From NCBI GenBank assembly GCA_047285305.1, contig JBJBDL010000003.1:1024001-1088000 (forward strand): 64,000 nucleotides of DNA, read 5' to 3'. Positions 9,902-22,657 of this stretch are shown in pieces; positions within the stretch are counted from its first letter, which is position 1; each line of letters starts with the position of its first letter. The stretch comes from Synechococcus sp. (lineage in GTDB: Bacteria; Cyanobacteriota; Cyanobacteriia; PCC-6307; Cyanobiaceae). The notes under the pieces were generated by a model, which was given only the letters and a program-made list of their open reading frames with translations, was not told the DNA's origin and made no database searches. The translations under genes were made by a program, and so were the position numbers.

Positions 9902-10539
9902 GGGCAGGGTTCAGCCCCGTTGTGCAGCCAGGTCAACCAACGCTTGAGCATCTGTTCTCCGGCATCGGACGACTTCTCCGGATGGAACTGGCAGGCGCCG
10001 ACTCGGCCCCTCCAGACCACAGCAGTCACTTCCTGATCGCCGAAGGGGGCCGAGGCCTTCAGGTCATTCCGATCGGTAGGGACAGCGGCGTAGCTGTGCA
10101 CGAAATAAACCCACTCCGAGGGGGCATTGCTGCTGAGCAGCGGGCAGGTGCCGTGATGTTTCAACGGAGCCCAGCCCATATGGGGGATGCGTTCGCCGCT
10201 GTTACTGGGCAGGCGTGTCACCCGTCCGCCCAAAAGCCCGAGGCCTGGATCGCTGCCTTCATCGCTCTGCTCAAACAGCAGTTGCAGGCCGAGGCAGATG
10301 CCGAGCAAGGGACGATCCTCCTGGCCCCAACGCAGCAGGTGGGGCACCAGCCCGGTGGCCCTGAGGTTGGCCATGGCCGGGTCGAAGGCGCCGACACCGG
10401 GCAGGATCAGCGCATCAACTCCGTCCAGATCATCGGCGTTATGGATGAACGAGCAGCATTGATCAAGCCGCTCGAGGCATTTCTCCACGGAGTGGAGATT
10501 GCCCATGCCGTAATCGATTAACCCGAGGTTCAGGCTCAA
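9898..10539 (-). CDS. hisH: Imidazole glycerol phosphate synthase glutamine amidotransferase subunit
   Basis: DYGMGNL.SV, LPGVGAF, GICLG.Q, PHMGW, YFVHSY, QFHPEKS. Confidence 0.97.
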   Translation of the reverse strand: MSLNLGLIDYGMGNLHSVEKCLERLDQCCSFIHNADDLDGVDALILPGVGAFDPAMANLRATGLVPHLLRWGQEDRPLLGICLGLQLLFEQSDEGSDPGLGLLGGRVTRLPSNSGERIPHMGWAPLKHHGTCPLLSSNAPSEWVYFVHSYAAVPTDRNDLKASAPFGDQEVTAVVWRGRVGACQFHPEKSSDAGEQMLKRWLTWLHNGAEPCP

Positions 10540-10565
10540 CCTGTCGATCCGTTCTGGAGACGGAT

Positions 10566-10889
10566 TCAGAGATATTTGGAAATGGTGCCTGACAGGGTTG
10601 CCTTTGGAACAGCGCCCACCACCGTGTCCACCTTCTGACCACCCTTGAACACCATCAGCGTCGGGATGCTGCGGATGCCGTACTGGCTGGCAACGTTGGG
10701 GTTCTCGTCGGTGTTGAGCTTGAACACCTTGATCTGGCCGTCAAATTCCTTGGCGATCTCTTCCACGATCGGAGCCACCATGCGGCAGGGTCCGCACCAT
10801 GGTGCCCAGAAGTCCACAAGAACCGGCACGTCGCTCTGGAGCACGTCCTGCTCGAAGGATGCATCGGTGACAGCAGCAGCGCTGGACAT
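10566..10889 (-). CDS. trxA: Thioredoxin (m-type)
   Basis: WCGPC; likely ATG 10889 (MSSAAAVTD), shorter than the track ORF. Confidence 0.97.
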   Translation of the reverse strand: MSSAAAVTDASFEQDVLQSDVPVLVDFWAPWCGPCRMVAPIVEEIAKEFDGQIKVFKLNTDENPNVASQYGIRSIPTLMVFKGGQKVDTVVGAVPKATLSGTISKYL

Positions 10890-10992
10890 ATGAGCAGGGG
10901 AATTTAGGGAGAATTTAGCAACGGTTTTGAGCGAAAACACAGCTCTTCCCTGCTGAGAAGGGATCTGTGACAGTCGCTCTCTACAAAGAGTG

Positions 10993-11051
10993 AAAGCCCG
11001 ATCGCGCCGGGCCGAGGGGTGTGAGGAGTGTGTGGGCCGAAGCCCGCACAC
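10993..11051 (-). ncRNA. yfr1: Yfr1 cyanobacterial small RNA
   Basis: Minus strand: hairpin with UUCG loop, then the diagnostic ACUCCUCACAC (11019-11029), then a GC hairpin ending CUUUC; located between guaB and trxA, the usual Yfr1 locus. Ends approximate. Confidence 0.93.
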
Positions 11052-11069
11052 CTCCAATTTAGCCCTGCC

Positions 11070-12233
11070 TTACTTACCCATTCCGAGGTGCTGGGCCTTT
11101 TGGTAGACCTTGCCTTCCGTCAGCAGGGAAGGTGCCACGACCACCTCCACCTGCTGCATCTCCTTGATGGTTTGGGCTCCCAGGGTGCCCATCGATGTCT
11201 TCAGGCATCCCAGCAGGTTGTGGGTGCCGTCGTCCAACTTGGCCGGGCCGCGCAGGATGCGTTCGATGCTGCCGGTGTTGCCCACATTGATGCGGGTGCC
11301 GCGGGGTAGCACCGGGCTTGGGGTGGCCATGCCCCAGTGGAAGCCCCGGCCGGGAGCCTCCTCAGCACGGGCGATGGGGGAGCCGATCATCACGCCGTCG
11401 GCGCCACAGGCGATGCACTTGCAGATGTCGCCGCCGGTGACGATGCCACCGTCGGCAACGATCGGAACATAGCGACCGCTTTCCCTTTCGTAGTCGGCCC
11501 GGGCGGCAGCGCAGTCGGCCACGGCGGTGGCCTGGGGAATTCCCACGCCGAGAACGCCACGGGAGGTGCAGGCGGCACCGGGGCCGATGCCCACCATCAC
11601 GCCGGCGGCGCCAGCCCGCATGAGCTGCAGGGCTACGTCGTAGGTGACGCAGTTGCCGATCACCACGGGAACGCCCATGTTGCGGCACAGGGCTTCCAGA
11701 TCCAGGGTCTCCTGGCCTTCAGGACCGGTGTGATCCGTCGAGACCACAGTGGCCTGTACGAAGAACAGATCAGCTCCGGCTTCGGCAATGGCCTTGCCGA
11801 AACGCATGGCGGCCACAGGAGTGCCGCTGACAGCGGCAATTCCGCCTTGGTCCTTGATGTCCTGGATGCGTTTACGGATCAGCGCCTCTTGTACTGGCTG
11901 GCTGTAGATCTCCTGCATCAGCGGGACGAATTCGTCCTTGCCGACGGCAGCGATGCGATCGAGCACCTGATTGGGGTCTTCGTAGCGGGTCTGAACACCC
12001 TCAAGGTTCAACACGCCGAGGGCGCCCAGTTGGGACAGGCGAACGGCCATGCCCACGTCCACCACGCCGTCCATGGCGCTGGCGATGATTGGGATCTCGC
12101 GCTCGATTCCCCCCAGAGACCAACGGGTATCGGTGACTTCGGGGTCCACCGTGCGACCCCCAGGCACCAGAGCGATTTCATCGATTCCGTAGGCCCGGCG
12201 AACGGTCTTGGAGCGTCCGAGCTGAATGTCCAC
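11070..12233 (-). CDS. guaB: IMP dehydrogenase family protein (GuaB3 type)
   Basis: ASAMDGVV, VGIGPGAACTSR catalytic Cys, ADGGI, WGMAT. Confidence 0.93.
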   Translation of the reverse strand: MDIQLGRSKTVRRAYGIDEIALVPGGRTVDPEVTDTRWSLGGIEREIPIIASAMDGVVDVGMAVRLSQLGALGVLNLEGVQTRYEDPNQVLDRIAAVGKDEFVPLMQEIYSQPVQEALIRKRIQDIKDQGGIAAVSGTPVAAMRFGKAIAEAGADLFFVQATVVSTDHTGPEGQETLDLEALCRNMGVPVVIGNCVTYDVALQLMRAGAAGVMVGIGPGAACTSRGVLGVGIPQATAVADCAAARADYERESGRYVPIVADGGIVTGGDICKCIACGADGVMIGSPIARAEEAPGRGFHWGMATPSPVLPRGTRINVGNTGSIERILRGPAKLDDGTHNLLGCLKTSMGTLGAQTIKEMQQVEVVVAPSLLTEGKVYQKAQHLGMGK

Positions 12234-12282
12234 CGCGCGACTTCAATAAAGTCTGATCAAGCTACCAATCGGGATGATCGGC

Positions 12283-12885
12283 TTAGCTTGATCTGCCTGT
12301 CACGCGGGTCCAGGTGGAGCGGGCGCCCTTGATGAAGTTGTCCCGATCGCTGTTGCGGATCAGGTTTCGCAGGGCGAAGTTCACCAGCCAGATCACGCCA
12401 GCCAGCTCCAAGAGGCCTGGCACCAAAGGGATGCCGTTGATGGTGCTGAGCACACCGGAGTAAACCGTCGCCACCAGGCTGAACACGATCAGGCCGCCCA
12501 CCACCAGGAGCGGCAGCTGGGCTTTGGCCCAGAGCTCAGCCAGATCGTTCTGCTCGAGCCAGTCCTTCACCTTGCCCACCAGCAGCTCCCATTCACCGCC
12601 GTCCTCATCGGAGCTCTCCTGAGCAGGGATCGACATGGTGGAGGCAATCACCGGGTCTGGTGTTGGGGCGGGGGTCGGTGCCGGAGCCGACGCTGGAGTG
12701 GGCGCAGGCGTTGGGGCTGGAGTGGGTGCCGGAGTCGGCTCAGGTTCCGTCGTTGGTGCGGGCGTGGGCTCCGGTGTGGGCGTGGGGTCGCTGCCTGGGG
12801 TTTCGGCTTCAGGGCGCGGCTCGTCGACAGGACCCATCACGTCAGTGGAAAGCTTCGGGATTTTATCCGGACTTTTCTGCTCCAA
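12283..12885 (-). CDS. CAAD-domain (CURT1-like) membrane protein with Pro/Thr/Ala-rich N-terminus
   Basis: Two TM helices with IN.IPLVPGLLELAG..W...F..RNL...DR; start uncertain. Confidence 0.82.
   Translation of the reverse strand: MEQKSPDKIPKLSTDVMGPVDEPRPEAETPGSDPTPTPEPTPAPTTEPEPTPAPTPAPTPAPTPASAPAPTPAPTPDPVIASTMSIPAQESSDEDGGEWELLVGKVKDWLEQNDLAELWAKAQLPLLVVGGLIVFSLVATVYSGVLSTINGIPLVPGLLELAGVIWLVNFALRNLIRNSDRDNFIKGARSTWTRVTGRSS
12650..12792 (-). repeat. Degenerate 12-bp coding tandem repeat (PAPT/PEPT units)
   Basis: Protein DPTPTPEPTPAPTTEPEPTPAPTPAPTPAPTPASAPAPTPAPTPDP. Confidence 0.85.
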
Positions 12886-12927
12886 CCACCGTCCGAGATA
12901 GACTGATAAAGGACGTCTGATGCACGT

Positions 12928-15552
<2,625 letters not shown>

Positions 15553-15554
15553 CC

Positions 15555-16793
15555 TTGGCTGAGCCGGTTGATGTGCTGGTGCTGGGGGGCGGTCCTGCTG
15601 CCCTCTGCATTGCTTCGGAACTGAACCAACGGGGTGTTGCTGTTGCTGGCATCGCCCAGGATCCGGTCGACGATCCCTGGCCAAACACCTACGGCATCTG
15701 GGCCGATGAACTCAAAGCGGTGGGGCTTGAGCAGCTGCTGGAGCACCGCTGGAGTGACACCGTCAGTTATTTCGGTGAAGGCGGGTCAACGGCTCAGGAT
15801 CAGAGTCATGCCCACGGGATCGACTACGGCCTGTTCGATCGGGCTGCTCTACAGCGGCATTGGCTTGAGCGGGCTGAGGGCGTGGTCTGGCATCAAGCCA
15901 CCGTTCAGCGGGTGGATGTGAATGGCTCAACGACCAACGTTTGCTGCGCATCGGGAACAACGTTTCAGGCGCGCTTGGTGATTGATGCCTCCGGTTCGCG
16001 CACGCCCCACATTCGCCGGACTGATAAGTGGCCGGTGGCGGGCCAAGCGGCCTACGGCGTGGTGGGGCGTTTCTCCAAGCCTCCAATCGAGGAGGGTCGG
16101 TTTGTGTTGATGGACTACCGCTGCGATCACCTCAGCGAGGAGCAGCGCAGCGAACCGCCCACGTTTTTGTACGCGATGGATCTGGGCGATGGGGTGTTCT
16201 TCGTGGAGGAAACCTCACTCGCCTTGGCACCTGGTGTTCCCTACGACGTGCTCAAGCAACGGCTCCAGCAGCGCCTGGATCTTCGCGGCGTGGAGATCAC
16301 CGAGGTGATTCATGAGGAGTTCTGCCTCTTCCCGATGAATCTGCCGCTGCCGGATCGCAACCAGCCGGTGCTCGCCTTCGGGGGTGCGGCGAGCATGGTG
16401 CATCCGGCCTCGGGCTACATGGTGGGTTCGCTACTGCGGCGGGGGCCTGATCTGGCCCAGGCTTTAGCCGAAGCCCTTGCCAATTCAAGTCTTGGCTCAG
16501 CAGCCTTGGCGCAGCGGGGCTGGCAAGCGCTTTGGCCGATCGAGTTGGTGCTGCGTCATCAGCTCTATCAATTCGGCTTGGGGCGGTTGATGGGCTTTAA
16601 CGAAGCGTTGTTGCGCACCCACTTCGCCACTTTCTTTTCGCTGCCGCGGGAGGAGTGGTTTGGCTTCCTCACCAACACACTGCTGCTGCCTCGGCTGATG
16701 GGCGTGATGCTGCGCTTGTTTGCCTTATCCCCTTGGGAATTGCGGCGGGGATTGGTGCTGGGGGTAGCTCAGGATCAAGCTCCGCGGTTTTGA
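15555..16793 (+). CDS. crtL: Lycopene beta-cyclase
   Basis: GGGPA FAD motif, PNTYGIW.DE, MDYR, PTFLYAM, FVEETSL, VHPASGY. Confidence 0.93.
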   Translation: MAEPVDVLVLGGGPAALCIASELNQRGVAVAGIAQDPVDDPWPNTYGIWADELKAVGLEQLLEHRWSDTVSYFGEGGSTAQDQSHAHGIDYGLFDRAALQRHWLERAEGVVWHQATVQRVDVNGSTTNVCCASGTTFQARLVIDASGSRTPHIRRTDKWPVAGQAAYGVVGRFSKPPIEEGRFVLMDYRCDHLSEEQRSEPPTFLYAMDLGDGVFFVEETSLALAPGVPYDVLKQRLQQRLDLRGVEITEVIHEEFCLFPMNLPLPDRNQPVLAFGGAASMVHPASGYMVGSLLRRGPDLAQALAEALANSSLGSAALAQRGWQALWPIELVLRHQLYQFGLGRLMGFNEALLRTHFATFFSLPREEWFGFLTNTLLLPRLMGVMLRLFALSPWELRRGLVLGVAQDQAPRF

Positions 16794-16873
16794 GATCGTT
16801 TCAGCCGAGTTCAGATCCCTCAGTTGAGGGAGTGCTGAGCATCCACGACTCCCCCATTTGGGTAGACGTTTGT

Positions 16874-18469
16874 TTAGGTGCTGGGTTTAGAGGGATTCAC
16901 TGAAGCCCAGTCCAACGGCTGAATCAGCGGGAACAGGCGGTCGTCCGTCTGCACCTCTTCGAGCCAGCCCTCCGGCAATTCGATGCTGCCGTCGATGGCC
17001 TGCATCAGCTGCCAGAAGCGGCCCAGGTGGCGTTGCACCCGTTCTTTGGCCAGTTCAGTGGTGGTTCCGGCCCGCAGGATGAAGCTCCAATCCGACGACT
17101 GCGCTAGCAACAGTTCCCGCGCCGCCTGCTGCAGCCACTGCATCGCCTGCTCGCTACCCACGCCGCGGCTGCAGCGCTGCACCATCGCGGCGCTGGCCTT
17201 TTCCCATTCGGGGATGATCCAGGCGTTGCTGTCGTTCAGCCAGTAGTCGTGATAACCCCCTTGCCCCCAGCTGGAGGGGCAGGGATCGCAGAGCTGTAGC
17301 TGGCCAACGTTGTTCAGCACATCGCGCAGCCGGGTAAAGCTGACCCGCTCCTGGGGTGCTTGCTGGAACAGCTGGCTGAGAAACGCTGGTCCTTCAAACC
17401 ACCAGTGGCCAAACAGTTCGGCATCGAAGGGGGCCACCAACAGGGGGGAAACGTCCATGGCACTGCCGAGCTGATCCAACTGCCGCCGGCGGCCCTGCAG
17501 GTAATCGGCGGCATGTTCTTTCACCCGTTCAGCCGCCACCCCCGGTTCGTAGGGACGTTTGAGGTCCAATGGAGCGCTGTGGTCGGTGACGCGATGCAGC
17601 TTCAGGCCGAGTGGGCGCGGCTGGTCGAGCCCCAGGGGCTTGAGCTCTTCGATCGGCAGGTCCCAGCCCAGATCCCGGTGGAACTCCCGGTAGTGGGGAT
17701 CGCCGGGGTAGCCGTCCTTGGCCGACCACACCGGCAGTGTGGCGTCACTGTCGCGCCCGAAGAAGGCAACCCCGTTGCGGCTGCAGATCGGTGCGTACAC
17801 CCCATAGCGGGGCCTGGGCCGGCCGTGCAGCAACCCATGGCCGTCCAGCACGGCGTAGCGCAGCCCGGCATCGCGCATCCAGCGATCCAGGCCCTCGTAA
17901 TAGGCGCATTCCGGCAACCAGATCCCCAAGGGGCGTTCGCCCACCAGGCGTTGGTGTTCCCGCACCGCAGTGCGCAGTTGCCCGCGCACTGCTTCCGGGT
18001 GATGGCGCAGCAGGGGCAGGTAGCCGTGGGTGGCGCCGCAGGTGAGCAGGTCCACTACCCCTTCACGCTGCAAAGCCGTAAAGCGCTGGATCAGATCGCC
18101 GTCGCGGCTCTGCCAGGTCTGCTGATGCCGCTCGATCGTGGCCGCCAGGTGCTCGGCGCCTGCGCGTAGGGATGGGTCGGCCTTCGGCAAGAGATCCAGC
18201 CGTTCGTTCAGCCACTGGGGAAAGCGCTGTTTGAGGTCTTGATCGCTCAGCAGCGACAGCAGCGTCGGCGACAAGCCGATGGTGAGCTTGGGCTGCTGGT
18301 GGGGGTCGGCGCTTGCCAGCTCCAGCGTTTCCAACAGCGGCAGATAACACTCGATCAGGGCCTGGAAGAACCAGTCCTCCTCAAGGGAGCCAGGTTTCGC
18401 CGACCGCACGTAAGGCAGATGGGCATGCAACACCAGGGCGACAGCGCCTTTGGTCACGAACAAGCCCAA
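16874..18469 (-). CDS. Glycoside hydrolase family 57 (branching-enzyme/DUF1957 type)
   Basis: HAHLPYV, THGYLP, GIWLPECAY, PFDAELFGHWWFEG, LAQSSDW.F. Confidence 0.93.
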   Translation of the reverse strand: MGLFVTKGAVALVLHAHLPYVRSAKPGSLEEDWFFQALIECYLPLLETLELASADPHQQPKLTIGLSPTLLSLLSDQDLKQRFPQWLNERLDLLPKADPSLRAGAEHLAATIERHQQTWQSRDGDLIQRFTALQREGVVDLLTCGATHGYLPLLRHHPEAVRGQLRTAVREHQRLVGERPLGIWLPECAYYEGLDRWMRDAGLRYAVLDGHGLLHGRPRPRYGVYAPICSRNGVAFFGRDSDATLPVWSAKDGYPGDPHYREFHRDLGWDLPIEELKPLGLDQPRPLGLKLHRVTDHSAPLDLKRPYEPGVAAERVKEHAADYLQGRRRQLDQLGSAMDVSPLLVAPFDAELFGHWWFEGPAFLSQLFQQAPQERVSFTRLRDVLNNVGQLQLCDPCPSSWGQGGYHDYWLNDSNAWIIPEWEKASAAMVQRCSRGVGSEQAMQWLQQAARELLLAQSSDWSFILRAGTTTELAKERVQRHLGRFWQLMQAIDGSIELPEGWLEEVQTDDRLFPLIQPLDWASVNPSKPST

Positions 18470-18566
18470 ACGGTGGCTGAATTTAATCCGATTCCCCCTC
18501 GGGGGCTGAACTAAGATGGATTAACTCGTAGTCATTCCGACTAAGACCTCCGTTGGAGCCCCTTCC

Positions 18567-20189
18567 ATGGCCAAGGACCCCGGTCGCGTCCTGATTTTTG
18601 ACACCACCCTGCGGGATGGTGAGCAGTCGCCCGGGGCGAGCCTCAACCTGGAGGAAAAGCTGGCCATTGCCCAGCAGCTGGCGCGGCTCGGTGTGGATGT
18701 GATCGAGGCGGGGTTCCCCTTCGCCAGCCCCGGTGATTTCGCTGCCGTGCAGCGGATCGCCCAGCAGGTGGGCGGCGATAACGGACCGATCATCTGTGGC
18801 CTGGCCCGTGCCTCGCGGGCCGACATCAAGGCCTGTGCCGATGCCGTGGCGCCAGCACCCCGCCGCCGCATTCACACCTTTATCGCCACCAGCGACATTC
18901 ACCTCGAGCACAAGTTGCGCAAGAGCCGTGCCGATGTGCTCGGCATTGTTCCCGAGATGGTGAGCTACGCCCGCTCTCTTGTTGAAGACGTTGAGTTCTC
19001 CTGTGAAGACGCCGGCCGCAGCGATCCTGAGTTCCTTTACGAGGTGATTAAGGCGGCCATTGCCGCTGGCGCCACCACGATCAACATTCCCGACACCGTC
19101 GGTTACACCACCCCGTCGGAGTTCGGTGCGCTAATTGCGGGCATCAATAAGCATGTTCCCAACATCGGTGATGCCGTGATCTCGGTGCACGGCCACAACG
19201 ATCTCGGCCTGGCCGTGGCCAATTTCCTCGAGGCGGTCAAGAACGGCGCCCGCCAGCTCGAATGCACGATCAATGGCATCGGCGAACGGGCTGGCAATGC
19301 CTCCCTCGAGGAGTTGGTGATGGCGTTGCATGTGCGGCGTCGTTACTACAACCCCTTCTTTGGCCGTAAGGAAGACAGCCCCACGCCGCTCACGGCCGTG
19401 CGCACCGAAGAGATCACCAAGACTTCGCGGCTGGTCTCCAATCTCACTGGCATGGTGGTGCAGCCCAACAAGGCCATCGTTGGCGCCAATGCCTTCGCCC
19501 ATGAATCCGGCATCCACCAGGACGGCGTCCTCAAGAACCGGCTCACCTACGAAATCATCGACGCCCAGACGGTGGGCCTGGCAGACAACCGCATTTCTCT
19601 CGGCAAGCTGAGCGGCCGCAGTGCCGTTCGCGCCCGCCTGGAGGAATTGGGCTACGACCTCACCCGTGAGGATCTCGATGAGGCCTTTGCCCGCTTCAAG
19701 GAACTCGCCGATCGCAAGCGCGAGATCACCGACCGTGATCTCGAGGCGATCGTCAGCGAACAGGTGCAGCAGCCGGAAGCTCGCTTCCAGCTCAAGCTGG
19801 TGCAGGTCAGCTGCGGCAGCAGCCTGCGCCCCACCGCCACCGTCACCCTTTCGGATGAAGAGGGCAGTGAAACCACAGGTTCGGCAGTGGGCACCGGTCC
19901 GGTGGATGCCGTCTGCCGTGCCTTGAATGATCTGGCGGGTGTGCCCAATCAGTTGATCGAGTTTTCGGTGAAGTCGGTCACCGAGGGCATCGACGCAATG
20001 GGCGATGTGACCATCCGCCTGCGCCGCAACGGTGCGCTTTATTCCGGTCACGCTGCCGACACTGATGTGGTGGTGGCGGCGGCGATGGCCTTCGTGAATG
20101 CTCTCAATCGCCTGGTTGCCGGAGAGGAGCGCCAGTCATTGCATCCGCAGAAGGATCCTGTTGTTCTGGAGAGCCGACCGACGCTCTAG
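18567..20189 (+). CDS. leuA: 2-isopropylmalate synthase
   Basis: [36 protein letters not shown], regulatory GTGPVDA domain. Confidence 0.98.
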   Translation: MAKDPGRVLIFDTTLRDGEQSPGASLNLEEKLAIAQQLARLGVDVIEAGFPFASPGDFAAVQRIAQQVGGDNGPIICGLARASRADIKACADAVAPAPRRRIHTFIATSDIHLEHKLRKSRADVLGIVPEMVSYARSLVEDVEFSCEDAGRSDPEFLYEVIKAAIAAGATTINIPDTVGYTTPSEFGALIAGINKHVPNIGDAVISVHGHNDLGLAVANFLEAVKNGARQLECTINGIGERAGNASLEELVMALHVRRRYYNPFFGRKEDSPTPLTAVRTEEITKTSRLVSNLTGMVVQPNKAIVGANAFAHESGIHQDGVLKNRLTYEIIDAQTVGLADNRISLGKLSGRSAVRARLEELGYDLTREDLDEAFARFKELADRKREITDRDLEAIVSEQVQQPEARFQLKLVQVSCGSSLRPTATVTLSDEEGSETTGSAVGTGPVDAVCRALNDLAGVPNQLIEFSVKSVTEGIDAMGDVTIRLRRNGALYSGHAADTDVVVAAAMAFVNALNRLVAGEERQSLHPQKDPVVLESRPTL

Positions 20190-20199
20190 AGCCGACGCC

Positions 20200-21024
20200 A
20201 TGCGCACCTCCACCGCCAGGGCCGTTCAGCTGGTGCTGCTGATTCTTCTGGCGCTGCTGGTGCTCACACCGTTGCTCTGGTTGGTGAGCACCTCGCTCAA
20301 GGGCCCGGCGGAAGACATCTTCAGCAGTCCGCCGGCGTTGCTGCCCGCCCAGCCGAGCGTCGATGCCTATGTGCGGCTGTTTCAGGACAATCCCCTCACC
20401 ACTTATCTGTTCAACAGCACCGTGGTGAGCGGCCTGGCGGTGCTGACCAACTTGCTGTTCTGCTCCCTGGCCGCCTACCCCCTGGCCCGGCTGCGCTTCG
20501 CTGGCCAGGGCTTGGTGCAGGGCCTGGTGGTGGCCACGATCCTGATTCCCTTTCAGGTGGTGATGATTCCGCTGTACTTGCTGATGGTGCAGCTGGGGCT
20601 GCGCAACACTCTGCTGGCTCTGGTGATCCCGCAGGCGGCCACCGCCTTTGGGCTTTATCTGCTGCGCCAGAGATTCCTGGGTGTACCCAAGGAGCTGGAG
20701 GAGGCGGCTCGTATCGATGGCTGCACCCGACTGGGGGAATGGTGGAACGTGATGATCCCTGCCGCCAAAGCCGATCTCATCACCCTGGCGATGTTCGTGT
20801 TCATCGGCACCTGGAGTGATTTCCTCTGGCCGCTGGTGATCCTCGACGACCCGTCGCTTTACACCTTGCCTCTGGGGCTGCAGCAGCTCTCCAGCAGCTT
20901 TTCGCTGGATTGGCGGATCATTGCCGCCGGTTCGGTGGTCTCAATCCTGCCGGTGTTGGTCTTGTTCGTGTTTTTGCAGCGATTCATCCTGCCCAATGCC
21001 AGCGGGGATGCGGTGAAGGGATGA
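20200..21024 (+). CDS. Carbohydrate ABC transporter permease
   Basis: Six TM segments, EAA loop ELEEAARIDG, W.DFLWPL; ATG 20200. Confidence 0.92.
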   Translation: MRTSTARAVQLVLLILLALLVLTPLLWLVSTSLKGPAEDIFSSPPALLPAQPSVDAYVRLFQDNPLTTYLFNSTVVSGLAVLTNLLFCSLAAYPLARLRFAGQGLVQGLVVATILIPFQVVMIPLYLLMVQLGLRNTLLALVIPQAATAFGLYLLRQRFLGVPKELEEAARIDGCTRLGEWWNVMIPAAKADLITLAMFVFIGTWSDFLWPLVILDDPSLYTLPLGLQQLSSSFSLDWRIIAAGSVVSILPVLVLFVFLQRFILPNASGDAVKG

Positions 21025-21254
21025 AGCGGCCGAGGTGCGCATGGCCGCGAAGGCATCCATGCGTTCCTGCATCACACCCATCTGTTGGCTGAATAAGTCG
21101 CTGTGGGCGCTGTTGGGTGTGCGCTCTTCCAGCTGAACGATCCGCTCCTGCAGCGCATGGATGCGTTGGTTGCGCTGCCGCAATCCCTGCAGCAGGGTCA
21201 CCACCAGAATTCCCCCAGCGTCAGGCTGCCGCAGCTGATCAGTTTCAACAGCAT
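20941..21254 (-). pseudogene. Frameshifted small TM plus coiled-coil protein gene
   Basis: GAGGAGG 4 nt before ATG 21254; MLLKLISCGSLTLG then an early stop. One extra G in the G5 run (21212-21216) would continue GILVVTLLQGLRQRNQRIHALQERIVQLEE. Confidence 0.6.
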
Positions 21255-21315
21255 GCAACCTCCTCACTTGGGCCGATCCTGACTTGAATGGGAGCACGCA
21301 AGATGTGGTGCAGGG

Positions 21316-21561
21316 ATGTTTCTGGAGGATCTGGATCGGTTTCTCACGCTTCGCGAGAGCGACCCTGATCTGGCCAAGGCCCTCGCGCAGCCCATGGATC
21401 TCGAGCGGTTTCTCAGACTCGCTGCCGAGCACTGTTTTGCCTTGAGCGAAGCGGATGTCTTCGCTGCACGGCAGCGCGAGCACTACGCGCGAACCGCAGC
21501 TGAGCTGCAGCAGGATCAAGCCGCCGAATCACGCCGCCAGCGCAATTTCATCCACGGCTGA
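21316..21561 (+). CDS. Nif11-like domain protein
   Basis: M.LEDLDRFL....DPDL..AL.....LE.F..LA.E..F.LS..D pattern of Nif11 leader domains. Confidence 0.7.
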   Translation: MFLEDLDRFLTLRESDPDLAKALAQPMDLERFLRLAAEHCFALSEADVFAARQREHYARTAAELQQDQAAESRRQRNFIHG

Positions 21562-21591
21562 TCACCAGCGCCGTTCAGTTCATAGATCCAG

Positions 21592-21801
21592 TCACTGATC
21601 CAGCTTCACCACTTCCGGTGTTTCCCCGAGCACCTCGCCGATCCGGCGGGCGTGGTCCACGGCACCGTCATGGCTGTGAAAGATCCAGGCTTTGTCGAGG
21701 GAGGGTTGGCTCTCGATGAGTTGGTTCACCGCATTTATGCTGAGATAGCCGCCTTCCGAGCAGGACCGCAGCACATAGTGTTAGGCGTGTTTGGTGAGCA
21801 T
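21592..21801 (-). pseudogene. Small hypothetical gene with in-frame TAA at codon 7 (or a 60-aa product from GTG 21774)
   Basis: ATG 21801 MLTKHA*HYVLRSCSEGGYL...AWIFHSHDGAVDHARRIGE, all in one frame. Confidence 0.5.
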
Positions 21802-21871
21802 CGGCTACAAAGGCTATCTCTTCTCGCTAGCGATGCCGTTGCGCGGCTGACATCGTTCTGCGGAATTGCTT

Positions 21872-22318
21872 TTACTTGTCTTCCTTGAGGGTTAAGAGGG
21901 TTTGTTGTTGCCAGCCCAACCCTTTGGGTGCGGCAAAGCGGCTTTGATGCCCGCCCTCGCGGAACCAGGGAATGCTGATGGCCTCGATCTCCAGTTCGTC
22001 CGGGTTGAGCGACCAGGTGTCCTGCAGGTAGCGGCGCAGCTTCTCCGGCTCGGGAGGATGGGGCTGCTGCCAATGCACCACGGCCAACTGCCCCGGCCGT
22101 GAGCGGAGAATCGCCAGGCGGTGATTCGGATCGCCGTCGTTGGCGGGCTGAATCGATTCCTCCAGCTGCTCATCGCAGACGTAAAGCCGCAGCGGAGCGC
22201 TGCCATCGGCCTGGGGAAGTGGATATTTGTTGAGATACAGGCACCTTGCTTTTTGAAACGCTGCCCCCGGAGCCTTCACCATTAAGGCGTTGTAGGCCTG
22301 CTGCAGCTGTTCACTCAT
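21872..22318 (-). CDS. Hypothetical protein
   Basis: ATG 22318 MSEQLQQAYNALMVKAPGAAF; globular-looking, fills the gap without overlap. Confidence 0.7.
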   Translation of the reverse strand: MSEQLQQAYNALMVKAPGAAFQKARCLYLNKYPLPQADGSAPLRLYVCDEQLEESIQPANDGDPNHRLAILRSRPGQLAVVHWQQPHPPEPEKLRRYLQDTWSLNPDELEIEAISIPWFREGGHQSRFAAPKGLGWQQQTLLTLKEDK

Positions 22319-22408
22319 GCCCGTTCCGCCACGTTGCTGGCTCCAGTGTGGGAACGCCGTCGTGCCAGGGCCATGGGAAGATGGTGACACTTCCGGGATT
22401 GGACTGCG

Positions 22409-22657
22409 ATGGCCAAGCATCGCTCCCGCTACCGGTTGGTTGGCCTCGACGGTCAGCCCCATCCGGTGCTCGACGCTCCTTACGACACGTTGGAACTGGC
22501 CCTCGCTGATGCCAGCGATTGGTGCACTGGACAAGGATCCCGCTGTTCCATGGGTCAGCAGGGCATTGCGGTTGAAGTGCGAACAGACAGCGGCAGTTGG
22601 CGCACCATCGATTACCCCGTCAGTTGCTTGAGCCGACCAAGTGCGATGGCGGGCTGA
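22409..22657 (+). CDS. Small hypothetical protein
   Basis: RYRLVGLDGQPHPVLDAPY; TGA overlaps the next ATG (TGATG). Confidence 0.7.
   Translation: MAKHRSRYRLVGLDGQPHPVLDAPYDTLELALADASDWCTGQGSRCSMGQQGIAVEVRTDSGSWRTIDYPVSCLSRPSAMAG

Noticed and set aside
10890..11057. N-terminal extension of trxA in the ORF track
   Set aside because: Overlaps Yfr1 and the likely promoter; the thioredoxin fold starts at ATG 10889.
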